IMG/VR virus record: IMGVR_UViG_3300045988_143259
DNA length: 38,834 bases
Strand: one strand, 5' to 3'
DNA from: a virus
Of the stretch, positions 38,506-38,834 are shown piece after piece. Position 1 is the first letter of the stretch. Every line of letters starts with the position of its first letter. The position numbers and the translations under genes were made by a program. Below the pieces are notes generated by a model. That model did not search any database. It had not been told where the DNA came from and saw only the letters and a list, made by a program, of their open reading frames with translations.

Positions 38506-38652
38506 ATGGATGATGCAAGAATCGAGATTCGCATGAGTACGGAGATGAAATCCCAGTTGCAAGCGCTGGCTAAGTCTGGAAGCATGACGGTGGGCGGCTA
38601 TATCAAGTCGCTCATCCAGCGTGAGATCGAGAAGAGCAAGGGGACGGCATAA
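38506..38652 (+). CDS. ribbon-helix-helix (CopG/Arc-like) protein, 48 aa, unannotated in the ORF track
   Basis: ATG 38506 lies 8 nt after GGAGG. MDDARIEIRMSTEMKSQLQALAKSGSMTVGGYIKSLIQREIEKSKGTA fits the beta-strand, helix, G-turn, helix pattern. Confidence 0.7.
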   Translation: MDDARIEIRMSTEMKSQLQALAKSGSMTVGGYIKSLIQREIEKSKGTA

Positions 38653-38682
38653 CGCCGCCCCATCACTTCATTAGGAGGAACC

Positions 38683-38834
38683 ATGGAGGAAACCAAAAAA
38701 TCCGGTGTAAAGGGCGTCTCCTGGAACAAGAAAACCCAGAAATGGATCGTGAAACTATCAAACAAATATTTCGGGAGCTTCGCCAACCTAGAGGATGCCA
38801 TCCAAAAACGTAGAGAGATAGAGACCAAAAAAAC
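38683..38834 (+). CDS. AP2-domain / zinc-ribbon / ribbon-helix-helix DNA-binding protein, 5' part (continues at 1..421 across the circular junction; about 187 aa in total)
   Basis: ATG 38683 lies 4 nt after AGGAGG (38673-38678). The N-terminus MEETKKSGVKGVSWNKKTQKWIVKLSNKYFGSFANLEDAIQKR fits the AP2/ERF-type strand-strand-strand-helix pattern. Position 38749 equals position 14 and is in frame. Confidence 0.8.
   Translation, partial: MEETKKSGVKGVSWNKKTQKWIVKLSNKYFGSFANLEDAIQKRREIETKK
38736..38834. repeat. Terminal direct overlap, copy 2
   Basis: Exact 99-nt match to 1-99. Confidence 0.95.

Noticed and set aside
1-38834. Search for CRISPR arrays, DGR (template/variable repeat plus RT), retron-like ncRNA plus RT, transposases/IS ends, and large defence enzymes (ATPase, nuclease, SIR2 or TIR type)
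   Set aside because: I saw no spaced direct-repeat array, no reverse-transcriptase-like ORF (no YxDD context) and no transposase. No ORF over 300 aa remains outside the virion, replication and integrase genes. The only repeats found are those listed as features.

Overview
The window is one complete, circularly closed phage genome. The unit length is 38,735 bp: bases 1-99 recur exactly at 38736-38834, and a gene reads in frame through that junction. It is a temperate, contractile-tailed phage of a high-GC Firmicute-type host (host assignment is inference from protein families). Nearly all genes are on the minus strand.

Modules:
- Lysis, 770-2919: holin, C39-like endolysin, and an inserted DUF2829/Tad2-like gene.
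- PBSX (XkdK-XkdV)-like tail and baseplate, 2971-14287. This includes a -1 frameshifted tail chaperone and two virion-associated wall hydrolases.
- HK97-type head and packaging, 14284-21883: gp10-like, head closure, gp6-like connector, major capsid, ClpP-like protease, portal, TerL, P27-type TerS, HNH.
- A long, translationally coupled early/replication operon, 22047-30991: KTR-type zinc ribbon, HUH Rep-like protein, two Lar-like proteins, MazG-like, DUF551, dCTP deaminase, DnaB, and a replisome organiser with in-gene iterons.
- Lysogeny region, 31145-35630: mirror-image divergent promoters inside a perfect 23-bp inverted repeat, an XRE repressor, two envelope morons, three unannotated mini-ORFs and a tyrosine integrase.
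- attP, 35681-35775: the 3' half of a tRNA plus a terminator.

The least explained part, and my best candidate for an undescribed system, is the att-proximal accessory island that wraps the junction (35880-38834 plus 1-964). It holds a self-contained five-gene minus-strand operon of unassignable small proteins: a Gly-zipper/9-Cys membrane protein, a C1q/BclA-C-like beta protein, a ferritin-like helical protein and two others. Facing it is an AT-rich regulator cassette (acidic 64-aa protein, 48-aa RHH, AP2/zinc-ribbon/RHH protein). Between them lies a 360-nt structured spacer with phased repeats, opposed terminators and candidate small RNAs.

Other leads are the Tad2-like sponge candidate with a duplicated endolysin 5' end, an orphan sigma region-4 protein, tandem duplicated terminators ahead of the late operon, and repressor-C-terminus-like mini-proteins.

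No CRISPR array, rRNA, intact tRNA, transposase, reverse transcriptase or DGR was seen. All family assignments come from motif recognition by eye, not from searches.
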